Positions 1 through 14,402 are shown, counted from the stretch's first letter. The stretch: DNA of 64,000 nt from Macrostomum hystrix (GCA_950097015.1 CATNEN010000007.1:9610001-9674000); one strand, 5' to 3'. The notes: a model not told the origin generated them from the sequence alone. Numbers and translations are program-made.

Positions 1-415
1 TGGACTGAAATCTGTCAACTGGGAACACTGAGGACAGTAGAGCATGGACTGAAATCTGTCAACTGGGAACACTGAGGACAGTAGAGCATGGACTGAAATC
101 TGTCAACTGGGAACACTGAGGACAGTAGAGCAAGGACTGAAATCTGTCTCCTGGGAACACTGAGGACAGTAGAGCATGGACTGAAATCTGTCTCCTGGGA
201 ACACTGAGGACAATAGAGCAAGGACTGAAATCTGTCTCCTGGGAACACTGAGGACAGTAGAACAAGGACTGAAATCTGTCTCCTGGGAACACTGAGGACA
301 ATAGAGCAAGGACTGAAATCTGTCTCCTGGGAACACTGAGGACAGTAGAGCATGGACTGAAATCTGTCTCCTGGGAACACTGAGGACAGTAGAGCATGGA
401 CTGAAATATGGCAAC
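1..415. repeat. 44-bp minisatellite (about 9 copies, truncated by the window edge)
   Basis: Unit TGGACTGAAATCTGTC(AA/TC)CTGGGAACACTGAGGACAGTAGAGCA recurs with period 44. It explains the repetitive minus-strand ORFs at 15-419. Confidence 0.97.
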
Positions 416-1837
416 TCAAACTTAAGGACTTTTCGTGACCAAGTTCTGCACCTTATGAGACAAATGAAATCTGATGAAATTTATAGTTTTTTTATGTAAG
501 CCAATTTAGTAAGACTTGCCTTATGGTACAGGCGCTCTTAGCATTTTTTGTTCGATTCACTGCTCTGCCCTATTGAAGCATCAGCATTAGCACTGTGGCA
601 TTGAAGTCTATAGGCACTAAGCATGTTGGTGTAAGCATGCATGCCACTGCATTGGCTCAGACAGGCTTCTAGTTTCACCTCGCTAATAAACAGTTTCTAA
701 ATATTGTACATAACTTTTACTCGTATGTCACCTTGTGTTTGAGGCTGTTGTCTACTAATTTATTAGCCTGTTAGAAATGTATATTACTGTATTGCATTCA
801 ATCATTATCCTTTCTCCCATTCCAGCCTGCTTTTGTAACCCAACTAACTAGAGAAACAATAATGTCTGGCGATTCGAATAAAAAAGGTGAGCACCTAACT
901 GCATTTGTCTACTTTCAGTAGCACTAGCGGCAGATTTGCCAGTATTTTACAGAATGTGAGACCCGCACCTTAGTTTAAGATAATCTTGCATCGTTGATTT
1001 TCCATGTGCTTTTGAGCAAAGCCTTTAATAGATTCCTGTGTTCCTGCCTCACGCATCTTGATTGCAGTCTTTGTCGCACCCGCATCCTCGAGCGCCCCAA
1101 CAGCTTCCTGCTCCCCGCTTTCCCGAGGATCCATTATTGGCTTTCAAAGTCTTTGTGTGTGGCAGCCTGCCTTAGCGTTGCCCCCAGTCATGAATTTAAG
1201 CCAGTTCCCTCTGCAATACACCCTGACTTCCTGCCGGTATCTTGAAGCTCTCCCTGCCTGCCTCCGGCTTCCCTGCTCAGTTTTCCCTGATTTGCCCATC
1301 TCCGGCACCCCGGGGCTCGGGTTGTCAGCCGCCGCACCAACCCGGCCTGGGCGAGCCGCATGCGGGTCACGGAATGCCTGCGGCTGGCCGCTGAAGCCGC
1401 ACTGCTTGCTTTGAAGCTGCTGGGGCTGACGGGCTAGAAACCCAAGCTCAGCGCCGGCTAGTAAAGCCTGGAGTAGAGGCGACGTGTAAGCTGAGACGGC
1501 TCAACTTCATCTTTTGCGAGCTGTCGCGCTCGCTTGTTTTTGGGTGTGCTCATAGATTTCCAGTGAGCAGAACAATCAATGAAATTTGTTGGAAATATCT
1601 CGAATTTCAAGTCGCATGTTTTTCGTCTTTCTAATGACTTTTTGTTCTGCCAAGTCCTCGTGACGTCTCGTTATTACTAGTAGCTAAGTTACTCCGTTAG
1701 TTTAAAAGTAACGATGAGAGTAATATTGCGTTACATGATTAAAGATCGATCAAGAGTGGACTATAAACCTATCATGACTTTTCCGTTAGATTAGAACTAA
1801 CAATTAGCAGAACATTGTCTTTGATGCCAAGATTAGC

Positions 1838-1940
1838 ACCGAGGAGGTGAATGGCAGAGCGGTTAACGCGTTTGCCTCTGGCAACAATGTCCCTGAACTC
1901 GATTCCGCGGTGCGGAGACAAGGCTTGGGGGCTTGTTACA
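1838..1940 (+). mobile_element. tRNA-derived SINE, family 1 (internally deleted copy), followed by a (TG)n tract
   Basis: A-box-like TGGCAGAGCGG and B-box-like GAACTCGATTCC. Aligns by eye with the copies at about 5170-5415 (-) and 57205-57410 (+). Confidence 0.7.
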
Positions 1941-1977
1941 GCCGGGTAGATTTAGATTTAGACACGCAAATTAAGAT

Positions 1978-2044
1978 TTGTGTGTGTGTGTGTGTGTGTC
2001 TTGAGTGTGTGCCTGTGTAAGGTATCTCTGTGTGTGTGTGTGTG
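1978..2044. repeat. (TG)n microsatellite, interrupted
   Basis: Direct reading of the sequence. Confidence 0.95.
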
Positions 2045-3279
2045 CTTTGGAGTCAGCGATATGGGCAGAATTGCGTGCAGCCCCTCCTGCAATTATTTTT
2101 TTAGAATTCAGAATAGCGCCAAGAAATGAAAGTTATTAAATTTGATGAAAATTAGCGAATAACGGAATTTAGGGCTCTAAACAGAAAGCTGCGAATGTTC
2201 CTTTGATTATGTTTTGAATTGACACCAAGCAACTTGTTAGTTGATTAGCTGAAAACAAGGAGGGTGCAACAAAGAGTTATTATTAATTAGCGCTATTAGG
2301 ATTCTGCTGTCTGACATCGTCTGTTAGGCGATGGTGTGCTCAGCAGTTTTCTGTGGAGTTCTCTCAGTAAAGCTGAATGTGTCCCGGATTTCAGGGCTAA
2401 ACTGGGATTTGCTGCGCCAGATTCATTCGCTATTAAACTGCGAAATCAGTTCTATTCTCCACCGGGCTGGGGTTTGTCATTGAGCTGTCTTGCCGCACTA
2501 AATCCCCTTAACATTGAGCTGCTCCCCTTCTCCCTACCCAAATCCCTCTCACGGGTCGCGGCGCGCGCAAAATACTCCGAAGTTTCTTTTATGCAGCTTT
2601 GTGGTCCGTGCTTAGTAGGGCCAGGAACACCGACCCACGGCCCCGGCTCAATACCTTGCTGCGCTGCCTTCCTGCTCAAGCTGCCCCAGTCTCCACAGCC
2701 CCCCCCCAGTGATGGCGCGTTTCCTGGCAAATCTGGGACTACAAGAGCCCGACTTCCTGCGCGGAAATTGCTAATAAATGTCAGCATGCAAATTAGGGAA
2801 CTCGGCGACTGCCCCGCCGGCCGCCCCCGCCGTCCGCCCCGCACTGCACCGACACGCACACCCCGCAGCCGCCAGCTCCTCCGGGCCAGTCGACCGCGTA
2901 GGGATTAAGATAAATGGGACGGGTCGGTGTTAGAAGGTGGCTCTTTGTCACCCAGCCCGGCTCAAGATGGATTGTGTTTGGTGAGGAAATTCAACTCGCG
3001 TGTAAATCACCGGCGGAATCTGGGAGACCGGCATCAACAATCGCGCCGATTATGCCCGATTGCGTGCGGCCGCGGCGCTACAAAACCGGGACCGGCCTCC
3101 CCGCCCCGTTATCGCATTTCCTGAAGCCCAGGGCTCTCTCTCTCTGCTCTTCTTAATCTACATCTGGATCCTTGCTGGCTGATGCGGGCCGGCGTTCCGA
3201 AGGCTCTGGCCAGTCGTTTTATTAAAGGATATCGGTAAATGCCGTTTAGTAGCCATGCCAACCTAGCACAGCACACTTT

Positions 3280-3646
3280 GAATCGCAGCAGGAGTCACAG
3301 CTAGAATCGCAGCAGAGGAGTAGGGGCCGCGGCTGGAATCGCAGCAGGAGTAGGAGTCAGCTAGAATCGCAGCAGGAGTAGGAGTCAGCTAGAATCGCAG
3401 CAGAGGATTAGGGGCCACGGCTGGAATCGCAGCAGAGGATTAGGGGCCACAGCTGGAATCGCAGCAGGAGTACGAGTCAACTATAGAATCACAGCAGAGG
3501 AGTAGGGGCCGCGGCTGGAATCGCAGCAGGGGTAGGAGTCAGCTAGAATCGCAGCAGAGGAGTAGGGGCCACGGCTGGAATCGCAGCAGGAGTAGGAGTC
3601 AGCTAGAATCGCAGCAGAGGAGTAGGGGCCACGGCTGGAATCGCAG
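3280..3646. repeat. Minisatellite of about 28-31 bp with two alternating unit variants
   Basis: Core GAATCGCAGCAG(AG)GAGTAGG followed by either AGTCAGCTA or GGCC(A/G)CGGCTG. Confidence 0.93.
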
Positions 3647-5169
3647 TATTTATGAAAATCAACTGCCCAGAACTAAATCAATCCACTTTTTATTTTTTTA
3701 GTTGGAAGTGCTAATTCCAAAATTGGATTTTCTAAACTCAGTGAACTGTTTCGGGGTTATTTGGCTTTTCGTGACGCCTCGAAGTGCGTTTGAAAGTACA
3801 AACGCCTCTGGGGTTTCGTCCAAACTTCGCCAAATGAACTGGCTGAGTCTTTCAATTAAAACTTTGCGTTCCGTGTCTCATTAAAAAAGAATAAAATAAT
3901 TAATTTCGAAGTGCTTGACGGCACCCTTTAAAGTGGCTTAGAATCTCGAATTAAAATTTCTAGGAGTGTTTTTCAAGGTCGGTGGTTGCGGCATGCATTA
4001 TTTAAGCGGGCTTTCATTCAGCTTTTTTAAGTTGCAGAGCCCTGCTCGTTCCGCTCTGTGCGTCTCAGAACGAAGCTTGAATCTTTGTTGTTTTTTGTTG
4101 ATCTTTGTTACTCCGAGTCAGTCTAGTCGACATGATTTCTGCTTAGCAAAACCTGCCAGATATGCAAACAGCCTGGAGGCGGGGAGCTGGACTCAATTGA
4201 GAAGTTTTGGCGGGTTGCTAGATATGGGAAATTGAAACTTGCGGGGAATCAAAAATTTGGGATCGAGGCTCGAGCTGACGCAAGCCCGAGTGGTTGTCAT
4301 TGTTACGTCATAAGCCGCTGTTTGTCTATCCGCGGCTCTTGATTGAATCTTGACGCTTATTATCATGGCGAGGAGCGCCGAATGGCCCAGGAGGGCCAGC
4401 CGGCTGAGCCTGCTCGATTCGGACTGCTGGTTACTGGGCCATTAACAATGGGCTGACGAGCTCAGAAGGGCCGGGATCAGAGGCAGACAGCAGAGGATTT
4501 GATAAGATTGAGACAGAAAGTGAAATGCTCCCCCGGTTGGTCGCATTTAAAGGCACTTAATTACCATGGGGCTTCTCCAGCGGCTGGGACTGTGACAGTT
4601 TGCTGCCGCAGCCATCGGCTGAGGCCCCCGCCCCGGCCCCATGGCAGCGAGGCTTCAGCAAAGCGGAAATCATTTAGATAGAGGCGTAATGAGAAGTGAA
4701 TTGCCTCCTTCCGCGCCATGCAGATGGCCGGCTCTGTTTGGAAGGGCCGGACTCCAACTCCACACCGGCTTTGGCCTGAGCAGCTTCAAATCGCTTGCCA
4801 GCCTTGCCGGCCAGCCTTGGCCATGAAATATTTAGCGCTGCTAGATGCCTCGACCAACTGTTTAGTAGCCTGGAGTCCGTATCCCATTAGGAACAAATGG
4901 CTGTCTTTGATGCTTAAATCCTTGAGATGATCGACTCTGAGTGAGTCACTCCCCGGTCGTATGCGGCTGGCGGACCTTTTGTTGTCCTGTTCTCAAAGCA
5001 ATTTTATACGTTATATTTACAGTAGCCATCGACCTGTTAAATGTAGATTTTATAAGAACGCCATGTCACTTGGATCCAGTTTCTCAAATGATTAAAAAGC
5101 TTACACTCGCAGCAGCAACTGTAGGCACTAGTGTAATTATTATGGCTACAGTGAACCATCAGCCAGCGA

Positions 5170-5415
5170 GAAGGCACCCTCACACAGGTGTGTACGAGGT
5201 GCTCGTACATCTGCCCTGACTTTCTCATCGTCAGGCAGTGTACACTCTCACTGTACCTTGGAGGTTGGCCCTCATGGGCGTAAATTGCGCGACTAGCCCA
5301 CAAGACTTCTCTCCACGGCTGCACTCCAAATGAATGTGGCCTCGCCGCGGAATCGAGCTCAGGGACCTTGGTGCGAGAGGCAAACGCCTTAGACCGCTCT
5401 GCCACACCCCCCCGA
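5170..5415 (-). mobile_element. tRNA-derived SINE, family 1 (most complete copy)
   Basis: Minus strand reads GGGGTGTGGCAGAGCGGTCTAAGGCG...GAGCTCGATTCCGCGGCGAGGCCACA (A and B boxes). The body CCAAGGTACAGTGAGAGTGTACACTGCCTGACGAT matches 57344-57378 on the plus strand. Confidence 0.75.
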
Positions 5416-6909
5416 CAACCCCAAAGCCCTCTCTTCTGGGATACGAGCTCAGGGACTTCTGTACGAGAATCGCTCGCCACTCGGCGCATCAGTTTAATCG
5501 ACGTTCGTGGACTCCTTTTTTGACTTGTTAAATTCCCAGGTGCTAGTATTAAGAAGTTCTTAAACATTGTATACAATGCAGAATCTGAATGGGTGTATTG
5601 CAGCTTTCGACTTTCGAATAAGATCCTCCTCGTCCCATCAAAACAGAGCTCCCAAGTCTATTATCGGCAATGCTTACTTTACATTTGGATCCCCATTTTC
5701 AAAATGAGGGAGCTAGTTGCCATGCGCAGCTGTGACAGCCTGCAGGCGGGTGGCGCACAGGTTGGCGGCTTTGACTCAATCAATGGCCTAAGCTGTATCC
5801 CTCTAAGGAGCAGAGGGATACAGTTTTCATTTCCAAGTTTTTATTTGGCCTGGGCGGAATGCTTATGCCGATGATGTTTATCTATACACCGGCTCGCCGT
5901 CCTCAGCAGACGATAGTAGAGTTTTGAGTTGAGCCCTCTGCTCTGTCGGGGCATAGATTGGCAGGGTTGATTGTGTTTGCTCTTGATTTATCGCCTTGTT
6001 TTCACTTGCCAAATGCCGGGGCCCTGACTTAAATTATTGGCCTATCAAAATTCCAAACTGCACAGCTTGCCCGGACTGCGATAAAGTCATACAGACCATT
6101 ATTTAGAATGCCCAAGGCTTTTTTGAGCAGTAAAATTAGGATGAGCTGGAATCTTAAAATCCCAGGGGGCGCTGTGACAGTAAAAAACTGGGATTTGTAA
6201 GGCTCGGATGAAATCTTGCTTTACCAGCGCGCGCGTGTATTTTGATTGGTGTCACATAATACGGAGCGGCAGTAACTGATAGGAGAAATGAGGTAACAAC
6301 TTTCAGGGATTTTGATAACGCGGTGAGTCTTTCTTTAAAGATTTCTTTAATTTACAACTCCTATACTATGGGCAGGGTGTGCGACACTGTACACGTGACT
6401 TAAGAAGTCTTGCTTTTACAATAAAAACTATATTTGGGCCATTAGGGATATAGAACATAACAAAATTACAGACAAAATGAGTGCAAATGGTGCTGACCTC
6501 TGAAAGTGCAGATTCTATTTATATATTGGTATAAGCAGATATGCAACAATGTTAGCATTCTTTACTACAGATTTAAGTAAAACTGCTTTGTTATTTGTGG
6601 ACAGCTAACATTTGCTTCTAAGAGGTCATTCGCTTGATAAACTTCAAGTTTTTTTCAGAGCACATCAACGCCTTAATTGGTATTGATCTGTAAAACTAGC
6701 AAAGCTTAACTTTCGACAAAAATTAAAACCCGAGCCGGAAGTTTACTGCTAAGAAACATGGTATACAATAAGCATTATAATATTGTAATAATACGATCGG
6801 CCTTTCATGCGCTCTCTGTGGCCCTGGACTGATAGCTCACTGCTTGTCCCTGGCCTTGTGGTCGCTTCTGTGTATCTCTGCGTGTGAGGACATTGTCCGG
6901 CGTGACGCG

Positions 6910-8369
6910 TCACGCGACGGGCGAGTCGGCGCCCGCAGCCGGTGCTGGCGTCGACGCCGCCGTAGTCGGCGTGGGCGGCCTGGGACTCACTGGGAAGAGG
7001 CCGCTGGGCGGAATGAGCGGCAGATGCGGCCGCGGCAACGGGAACGGAGCCGGAACCGGCGCCGGCGGCTGCTGCTGCTGCTGTGTCGACGCCGGCGTTA
7101 GAGCCGAATGCTGGCCGGGTCCCCTCGGTGGCAGGGCGCCAAGTGGTGGCGGCGCAGCCGAGGCAACGGCGGCAGCAGCGCTGGCGCGGCAGATCATGTC
7201 CATGTTGGCGATGACCTGGTGCGCGCCCGGGTGGAAGGCCCAGTAGGGGTTCGTCTGCAGGATGCGCTGCACCGCCGCGAAGTTACCGGCCTCCGCTAGC
7301 AGCTCCAAGCCCACGGCTGTCTGGCGCTTCCACTTTGTCCTTAGAGTTCGGGTTCGAGAAAGCTCGGTTTGATGTTTGCATCTTATGTCTGTGTTATTCC
7401 TATGCCTAGACTTAATAAAAACGGCTATGAGTTTCTTTCTTACAGAATTCGCTGGACATGAAGAAAATTTAGTTAACGAAACAACCTTGTTTTTTACTAT
7501 AAATTTAGAATTGCTAGCCTCTGTTTTATTATCAGTTAATAATTTTCTGATAATAACTGAAGTGCTTCCAGTACACATTGATAAATATATTGAATCTCAC
7601 CTCCTATTCTGGTACCAGGTTTTCACCTGGGTGTCCGTCAGGTTCAGCCTGGCCGCCAGCTCCATCCTGTCCTGCACGCTGAGGTACTTCTGACGTTCGA
7701 ATGCTCGCTCGAGCTCGTTCAGTTGGTTGTCCGAGAAGGCCGTGCGCGCTTTCCTCGGCTTCTTGGCCTTCTGGTCGCGGTGGTGAAGTCCTATGATTGT
7801 TGTTGAATTCAGTGCAAAGATAATCGGCATGCAATTCTTTGAAATTTTCAAAAAGAGGGACATTAACATTGTGAATGTTTTCACTCATTCTGAATTCTGA
7901 ACTCACGGGCTTCATGGCCTCTGTCGACAGCGAGTGGTCCGAATTTCTCGCCGCCACCTGCCGCCCCAGAGCCACCGCGCTGCTGCGTCCATTTTGCGTC
8001 CAGCAGGTCGTCGTCATATTCATCGTCGTCCATCTCATCATCGTCAACCATGTCCTCGTCTTCGTCTTCGCCGGCAACTTCGTCCTCGTGCTCATCGTAG
8101 CCAGCTCCGCCACCGTTGCCGCTGTTTTTATTGTTATTGTTGGAGTCGCCGCCGAGGATGTCGGTGATCATAAAGCCGGTGGTCCGTCTGTTCGCCGTGT
8201 TCAGCGGTGGCGGTCTGGATCCAATAACTGCCGCTGCCGCTGCGGCAAGAGCTGCGGCCTCTTCGGCGGCCTTCGCGGCAGTTGCATCTGCTGCAGCTTG
8301 CTCAGAGATTTCCTCGCGATCGTGGAATTCCTGCGTCATTGCGGCTGCAAAATGTCTCACTGCCGGCAT
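6910..8369 (-). CDS. BarH/Barhl: BarH-like homeobox transcription factor, 3 exons (8369-7907, 7790-7601, 7339-6910), about 360 aa
   Basis: Spliced homeodomain [61 protein letters not shown] has the BarH-diagnostic Tyr (WYQNRR) and the C-terminal [13 protein letters not shown] motif. Exon 1 has the eh1/FIL motif [11 protein letters not shown] introns in phases 1 and 2 keep the frame. Confidence 0.97.
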
Positions 8370-11300
8370 GCTGAACTCTGAATCTGCTGAGTTACTCAAA
8401 TTGTTTGATCGGGCAACAATTTATGCGCAATGAGCTGGTCCGAGCCTGGGTGGCTAGTTTTATGTTTGAGGGGTATAGGCGGCGGATGGGATGGGGCTGA
8501 GGGCTGGGGTTGGTGGCGGCCCGCGCTGATGGGAAATATTTCCGCTCGGCTGGTCTGATTTGCTCGGCCGCAAATGGGCGCGGAGGTTGGCGGCAGAGAG
8601 GAAAGCCCCGCGGATGAGGTGACGAAGATGGGACACTTTTCCTGGCCGCTTGTACAATTCCTCCAGTCGGTGGAGGGAAAGCTTTTATCGGCGACGCTGA
8701 GACCTCTTGAGAAAGCGGCGGGCGCCACGTTATTCTTGTCCCAGACCCCCCGGCGACTCCCTCATTTAATCAGGGGAAGAGAGCGCCTGTCCGCCTGGGG
8801 TTGGATGGGGCGCGGAATGGCAGCTGAAGTGGGCGCCCCCTGCATGATCGCCCAATCAGAACTAATTGCTATTGGCTGGAAGCCGGCGCTATCCAATCAT
8901 GGGCAGATTAAGTGAGCTTTGATCAGCTTTTACTGCTGTCGATTATCGGCTGCTGGAAGCCGGCACAGCCGGGGGACCGGCTTGGCCGCCTGTCAGCTGT
9001 GATTTGCAAACGCTGCCTTTCTGCCAGAGAACTGGCTCAAAGTGTCTCTCGTTTCTGCATCCCCGTCTCTCACGCGCGTCTTTAAGTGGACCAAAGGAAT
9101 TAGGGAGTTGCTGCCCGCCCCTTCCTCATTTTCCTATTCCCGCAGCCACATCGGGTTTCCGCGAAAATCCTCAATTTTCTGTCCCAGAAATGTTCAGCCT
9201 CCCTCGAATAGCCATTCGCTCAGGCAAGATGCGGGGAGAGATGGGGAGAGAACGGTGTGGCCGCTCGACCATGCGAAATTGTCAGGCCGGCTATCTGTGC
9301 GTGTTCTGCCACTTTCCACGCCTGCATCGCTTGAAGGCTTGTAAAAATGAGCCGGCTTTTCATTTGCTGGCTTGGATGCTGATTTGTCATCGATACATTC
9401 AAATTGGGCCTGGCTGGGTTAGTCCTGGGTAAGACCGCTCTTAGGCGAGTCCTCTGAAATGCTTTTTGGCCTAGTAGCAATTCGCTTTCAGCTGTGAAGT
9501 TTTGGACAAGAGAAACGAGTGAGAAAGTTGCGGTAATTAACTGTCCGTCTCTCTGATCTGCAGTTGTCCAATATCGACCCGGCTGCCGCAGCTTTGTTGC
9601 ACATCAAGGGATCTCTGTTCCCGGCAGGGATTGAAAATTGCCTTCGAACAACATTAGGAAATACAAACTGGCGGATCAATTGGCGGCTTCGCTGAGCCCC
9701 GCCCCCGTCCCACGGCTAATCGAATGCAGCTTCCCTGGGGCCGAGTTCTCAGGCCTTTCTCTTTTTGTGCTCTACAAATAAATGAAATATTTAGCAATTT
9801 AATTAGCAGAAAGCCAGTCTCTCGGGAGGTCCCGTGATTATGCTAATTAGCTGCTTGAATCCAGTCATCGGAGCTGTTCAATTTCCGCTTTTCACGATAG
9901 GGCTTTGCACGCCTGACTTGGCGCGAGTGCCGCCGATGCAAACTGACTGCCGGCGACCCGACGTCCCCGCGCGTGTGACTTAGTGCCGCTCTCTCGGCTC
10001 CTCACTTGTCATGCACGGCCCCGGGGTCTCTGGGGGCTTATCGGCCATCACCAGGCCTGTCCTCACAGCTTCTATCCTCGTGGCTTTGGGCCGGGTTTGT
10101 GCAACTACACTGGTGTCCCGCGGCATCGCAGCGATCTCAAGCACTCAAAGTCAAAGGTGACATTTTCCTCTTCTCATTTTCTGGGATACTTCTCTTCACT
10201 TGTTCGCATTCCATTCGTGGCTGGAGCTTGTAGCCATGCCATTATCTCCATGGCGGCTGTGGCTCCTTCCAAAATCTCCTGGTGAGCCAGTGGCCCCAGC
10301 ACGCTGGCATTTTCTTGTCAACTCGGCTCTTCGTCGGCGCCTCTACTATGCGCAAAATGTCACACAAATTTGCGGCACAGCCATACAGAAGTTCTTGTCA
10401 GCCTCCTTATGTAGAACCTGACTGGGCGTTGCCGGGCGGCTGCGAACGCGCTAATTACTCTAGGATTACTTGGCTCCCAAGCTCTCGAGGTGTGAACATT
10501 TATTCTTTAGTTCAACAAGCAGGCAAGCTTGCCATTTTGGCGTGTCCCATTGCTCTCAGTTCATTCCAGCCTCGCCTTATCTGCCGTGTTCAATCTCACT
10601 TAAAGCCACATCTTTTAGTCCTCTGAATCTGTACCAGCTCTGGCCATACAGTGCTCTAGATCATGCTGCAAAAGTGTCCCACTGGGATCATTCAATCTGC
10701 CTAAATCAAAGTGTCGCTTGTCGCCAGTTCTCCCAGTCCCACCCACAATTGTCCCTCCTTGTTCCCCTCGGGGCCTGAGCTGGCCAGTTTTTTATTTGAG
10801 CGTAAAGAGCAGTTGGATGCGCAGTTTGAAATTTGCTGGCGCCTCTAGAACTGCCAGACTGGGACTTAAATGGCTTTCTGCGACATCTCGTCTCGACTCC
10901 GCTAAGAGGCCGATCATTATCAAGCAAAATTGTGTTTTCCCCGTGTGTTCTGCCAGCTTGTTCCCCAGATGATGGCCGAATGACTCATGACTGCATGAAT
11001 ATGGCTATCAAAATGTCGCAATTTCGTTATTTCGCTTAATATTCCCGCCCGCCTGCCACCTGTCTATGTCTCCCACCCTGCCTTACTAATGCCGTGTCCC
11101 GTAATGGGAGAATTTCCTCAGCCTTTCAATCCTCCATTATACTCCCTTCCGCCGGCACTCATTTATTACTGAGCCACTTAGCAGTGATGAGTCCGGGGCT
11201 TTCTTGAGTTTTTTCTGTCGTTTCCTTGTCCCAATCAATCCGTCCCTGATCATTTATTAACCAGCACACTGTGAGCACGCCTCATTTCACAGCTCCCCCT

Positions 11301-14300
11301 GGCCCCAGCAGTGTAAATGCCTACTTGTCAGTAGTGACTGGCGTGACCCCCCACCTCACTGCTTGACTCGCTTCTGCAATCGAGCTCGCTCAGCCGCTTG
11401 TTTCTCCCGCTTATTCTTTCGACCCCAGCTCCAAGTCGATCCAACTCTGAATAATTAACCTGTCTTTCGTTACCTGATGTCGTGCTTAACGGCACTGAGC
11501 AGTTGTGTTTCGATAAACATCAATTTGAGCAGCCGCTAGCCCCAGTTATCCCGTGTTTATGGCCCCCCCAAAGAATGCGTCGCAGTTGTCCCTGGTTGCT
11601 GAGCGCACGCAATTTTCAACTTTAATCCATTGTTTGGTATCGCAGCCAATATTGTTCTCAACCTCCCGGTGCCCCTGCAGCTTGACTCTCAATCCCTGGC
11701 TCAAGTGAGGTGAAGATGCGCCGACCCCCGTGTTGCCACGCCCGACTGATCACGCTCTGCTAATTCGCATTCCACAATAAATCAGCACTCTCCAACCGTC
11801 CCCTGCCTCCTAAACACCGGCTCTATTAGCCTAATCTCTGACTTCCATTGTGCTGCTGCGTGTCTTAAAAAAGAGGTTGTTAATAGTGGGGGAGCAGAGC
11901 GCACCGTATAAAAGATTAAGATTTCATGCCGCGGTCGGACAGGCTTACAAGGCCCTAGCCACCCCAACCACGCACACCGGCTGCAGCAGCAGATGCGAAT
12001 GAATTATTCACTAGGTTGGGCCGCGGCGTGAATGAACAAGGCGAGCTAATCACTTGTAACTGGCGTGAGGACCGCAGATTAAGGCTGAGGGTGATGGGGT
12101 GGTTGGCTTGAGTCGCAGGGCCTGCGTGATGCGGCTGACAAGCTGCGCTCGCAACCGACGCATTTGCGGCTCTTTTGGCAGCTTCGGTCTATCGCTAATG
12201 TCCCTGTCTATTTCCTTAGCCCTCATCCCCGCTCTGATTAAACAGCCGGAGGGGCTGTTTGGAATCTGAGAGCTGGGCTGGGGCTGCAGCATCACTTATT
12301 CATTGGCAACTGCGCTAGTTTCCCGTCTGTCTGGGAAGCTTTGCAAAGGTGGAAATTGGCCGCCCGCCTCAGCCCCCCTGCGCCACTCACGCGCCATCAA
12401 TTCCCCCAGTGAGTGGGGTCATAAAGTTGCCTTCTTACCTGCCCTCACGGACCTTGGCAGAGCGAAGGTGAATGCGTAGAATCTCTGAACGGTCTCGTTA
12501 GCCCAGAGTAACTCTGGCGCTTTTCAACTGTCCCTCGGCCTCGTCCCCGCAGCCTTTCTGGTCCGTCTCGGACTAAACTGGTCAGTTTTGTTGGCCGCCT
12601 GGGACAAATCGGTGCCGCCAAGCCTCTCCCTCCACCGGGGCGGCTTTTACGACCCGAGCTCCTTCGCTCTCCTCGTCTCTCAGATGGCTGTTCTTCGTGT
12701 TTAAAAAACGCCGTGTTTTTTGGACATTCCCTTGCATTTAATTAACCAGTAGGGCGCTGCTGCATTGTTAAGCTCATTTAGCAAGACCAGCTTTGTCGTA
12801 GTGCAAAACTAGTGAAAGGCAGCTGAGAGCCGCAAGATGAAGCTCAAAATTCTAAGCTAGACGGATCTCATTGATTTTGATTTTCTTTTTGCTCTTTTAA
12901 GATTTTTAAAGCGCAAAGATCGACACTTTTATTTGATAAATATTTTTAGCCTGGGACAATGAGATTTGGAGTGCGGGCTGGAACAGACAGCCTCATTGGA
13001 GACTGCAGTGTGCACAGCTTCATGCTCTGCCAATCTCACCGATCATCTTTAAAACTGAAAAAACCTCTGGGTCCGAACAACCAAAGCATTCTTTAGAGAG
13101 ATTAATCCATCAAAGCCTAGCTTTGAACACGAATTCCCCCATGTTATCTGGGCAAATTATTTGCAAATAATCCACGGTGCTGCCCAAGGCGGACAGAATC
13201 GGTAGAGAATGCTCGCCTCGGAGTCAATACCGGCCGTTTGCCCGCTTTAACAAAGCTCCTTTAGCTTCAGCCTGCAGGATGCGGGCAGCGACTGGCGCAA
13301 TGGCTGAGCGCTAATGACTCGCTCAAGGCTTGCATATGTTCAACTGAGTGTTTTCAATGCCCTCTCTGATCTCAGCCAGATTGACGTGATAAATGACGCG
13401 CGGCGTCGGGGTGGCGGGTCATGTCCCGCCATTCAGCTGGGGTGCTGTGTGATCGGCTCAGCCTCCCAGCCGCCGCCCCGGCCTCCTTGATGAAGTGGCC
13501 TCCTCCGCGCTCCGCTTCCTTCTTTGAATGCTGAAAGGAAATGACCGGCTTTGCGGGTCCATTGTGGCCGCAGTCTGTGACCCTTGCTCTGCTTCCTTGC
13601 ATTCCTCCAGCTTTCTGCTTTCGCTGCTCTTTGCTCAGCCTTGCCGCTGACAGGCTCTCATTGTTAGGCCCGGCTAATTAAGGCTATTTTACAATTCATA
13701 TTTTATCCTGCGCTGCCCAAAAGCTAATTTGTTCGGCAAGTGCTTTGCTGTGGCCCTTCTAACTGTGCTCACTGAGCTACTTATAGTAGGCAATGCACGC
13801 ATTTACTTAAAAAATGCTGTCTTGTGTAGTTTTCCTTTTCATTTGCTGGTTCGGGTAGGATTGGGTCCTACGTGCAGGGGTCTTATCTGCCCTTGGCTGT
13901 TAACAGCAGCAACAGCAACAGCAGCTGTGCACACCAAGTGCCGCCCACCCCAGCGAGACACCATAAATAAGCCAGTTCTCGCGCGCAGATCTGGCTCTTC
14001 TGTCTGCGCCAAGAGATTTATTAAAGATCCCTTGAAGAGCACCTTCAAGCTTCGTCTGCTGCGTTTATTCTGCCTGACTAGGCCCACTGTTGTGACATTG
14101 TGAGTGACTGGCCCTGCGTCCTGCGAATTTTCAATCCTGATCTGCTTCAATTCGTCACGCTTTGGCGTGATCGGTCGAAATCGAGATTTTTCTTCACGAA
14201 TCTTCGGCCTGATCTTTTCATGCCAATTGAGCCGACCTGTGCGCGCCAATATTTTATATAATTGATATATAGATGACCAGGCTTGACACCTCTAGATAGA

Positions 14301-14402
14301 TAATTGCACCAGACCCAGTTAGGTCAAATGTTCAGCCAGTGGCACAGCTGCAGCTTTTCCTCGGCGCATCCAAATGCTGTGTACAACTGTTATTGATAAA
14401 AA

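Noticed and set aside
990-1560. Possible coding exon in a GC-rich patch
   Set aside because: Several short overlapping ORFs with no recognisable motif or consistent splice model; left uncalled.
5210-5236. Hammerhead ribozyme core (CTGACGA...GAAA on the minus strand)
   Set aside because: There is no stem II between the motifs, the segment folds as a simple CCTGAC/GTCAGG hairpin, and GAAA is missing in the 57370 copy.
5335-5412. Functional tRNA gene (also 1838-1915 and 26719-26790)
   Set aside because: A and B boxes are present but I cannot build a full cloverleaf. The first two continue into a shared SINE body and the third lies inside the Helitron.
13156-13171. 16-bp perfect palindrome ATTATTTGCAAATAAT
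   Set aside because: Isolated and AT-rich; one such palindrome is plausible by chance in 64 kb.
8400-14300. Numerous 60-140 aa ORFs upstream of BarH (and similar ones at 2300-6000 and around Mnx)
   Set aside because: No homology cues or codon bias; more consistent with GC-rich regulatory DNA flanking homeobox genes.
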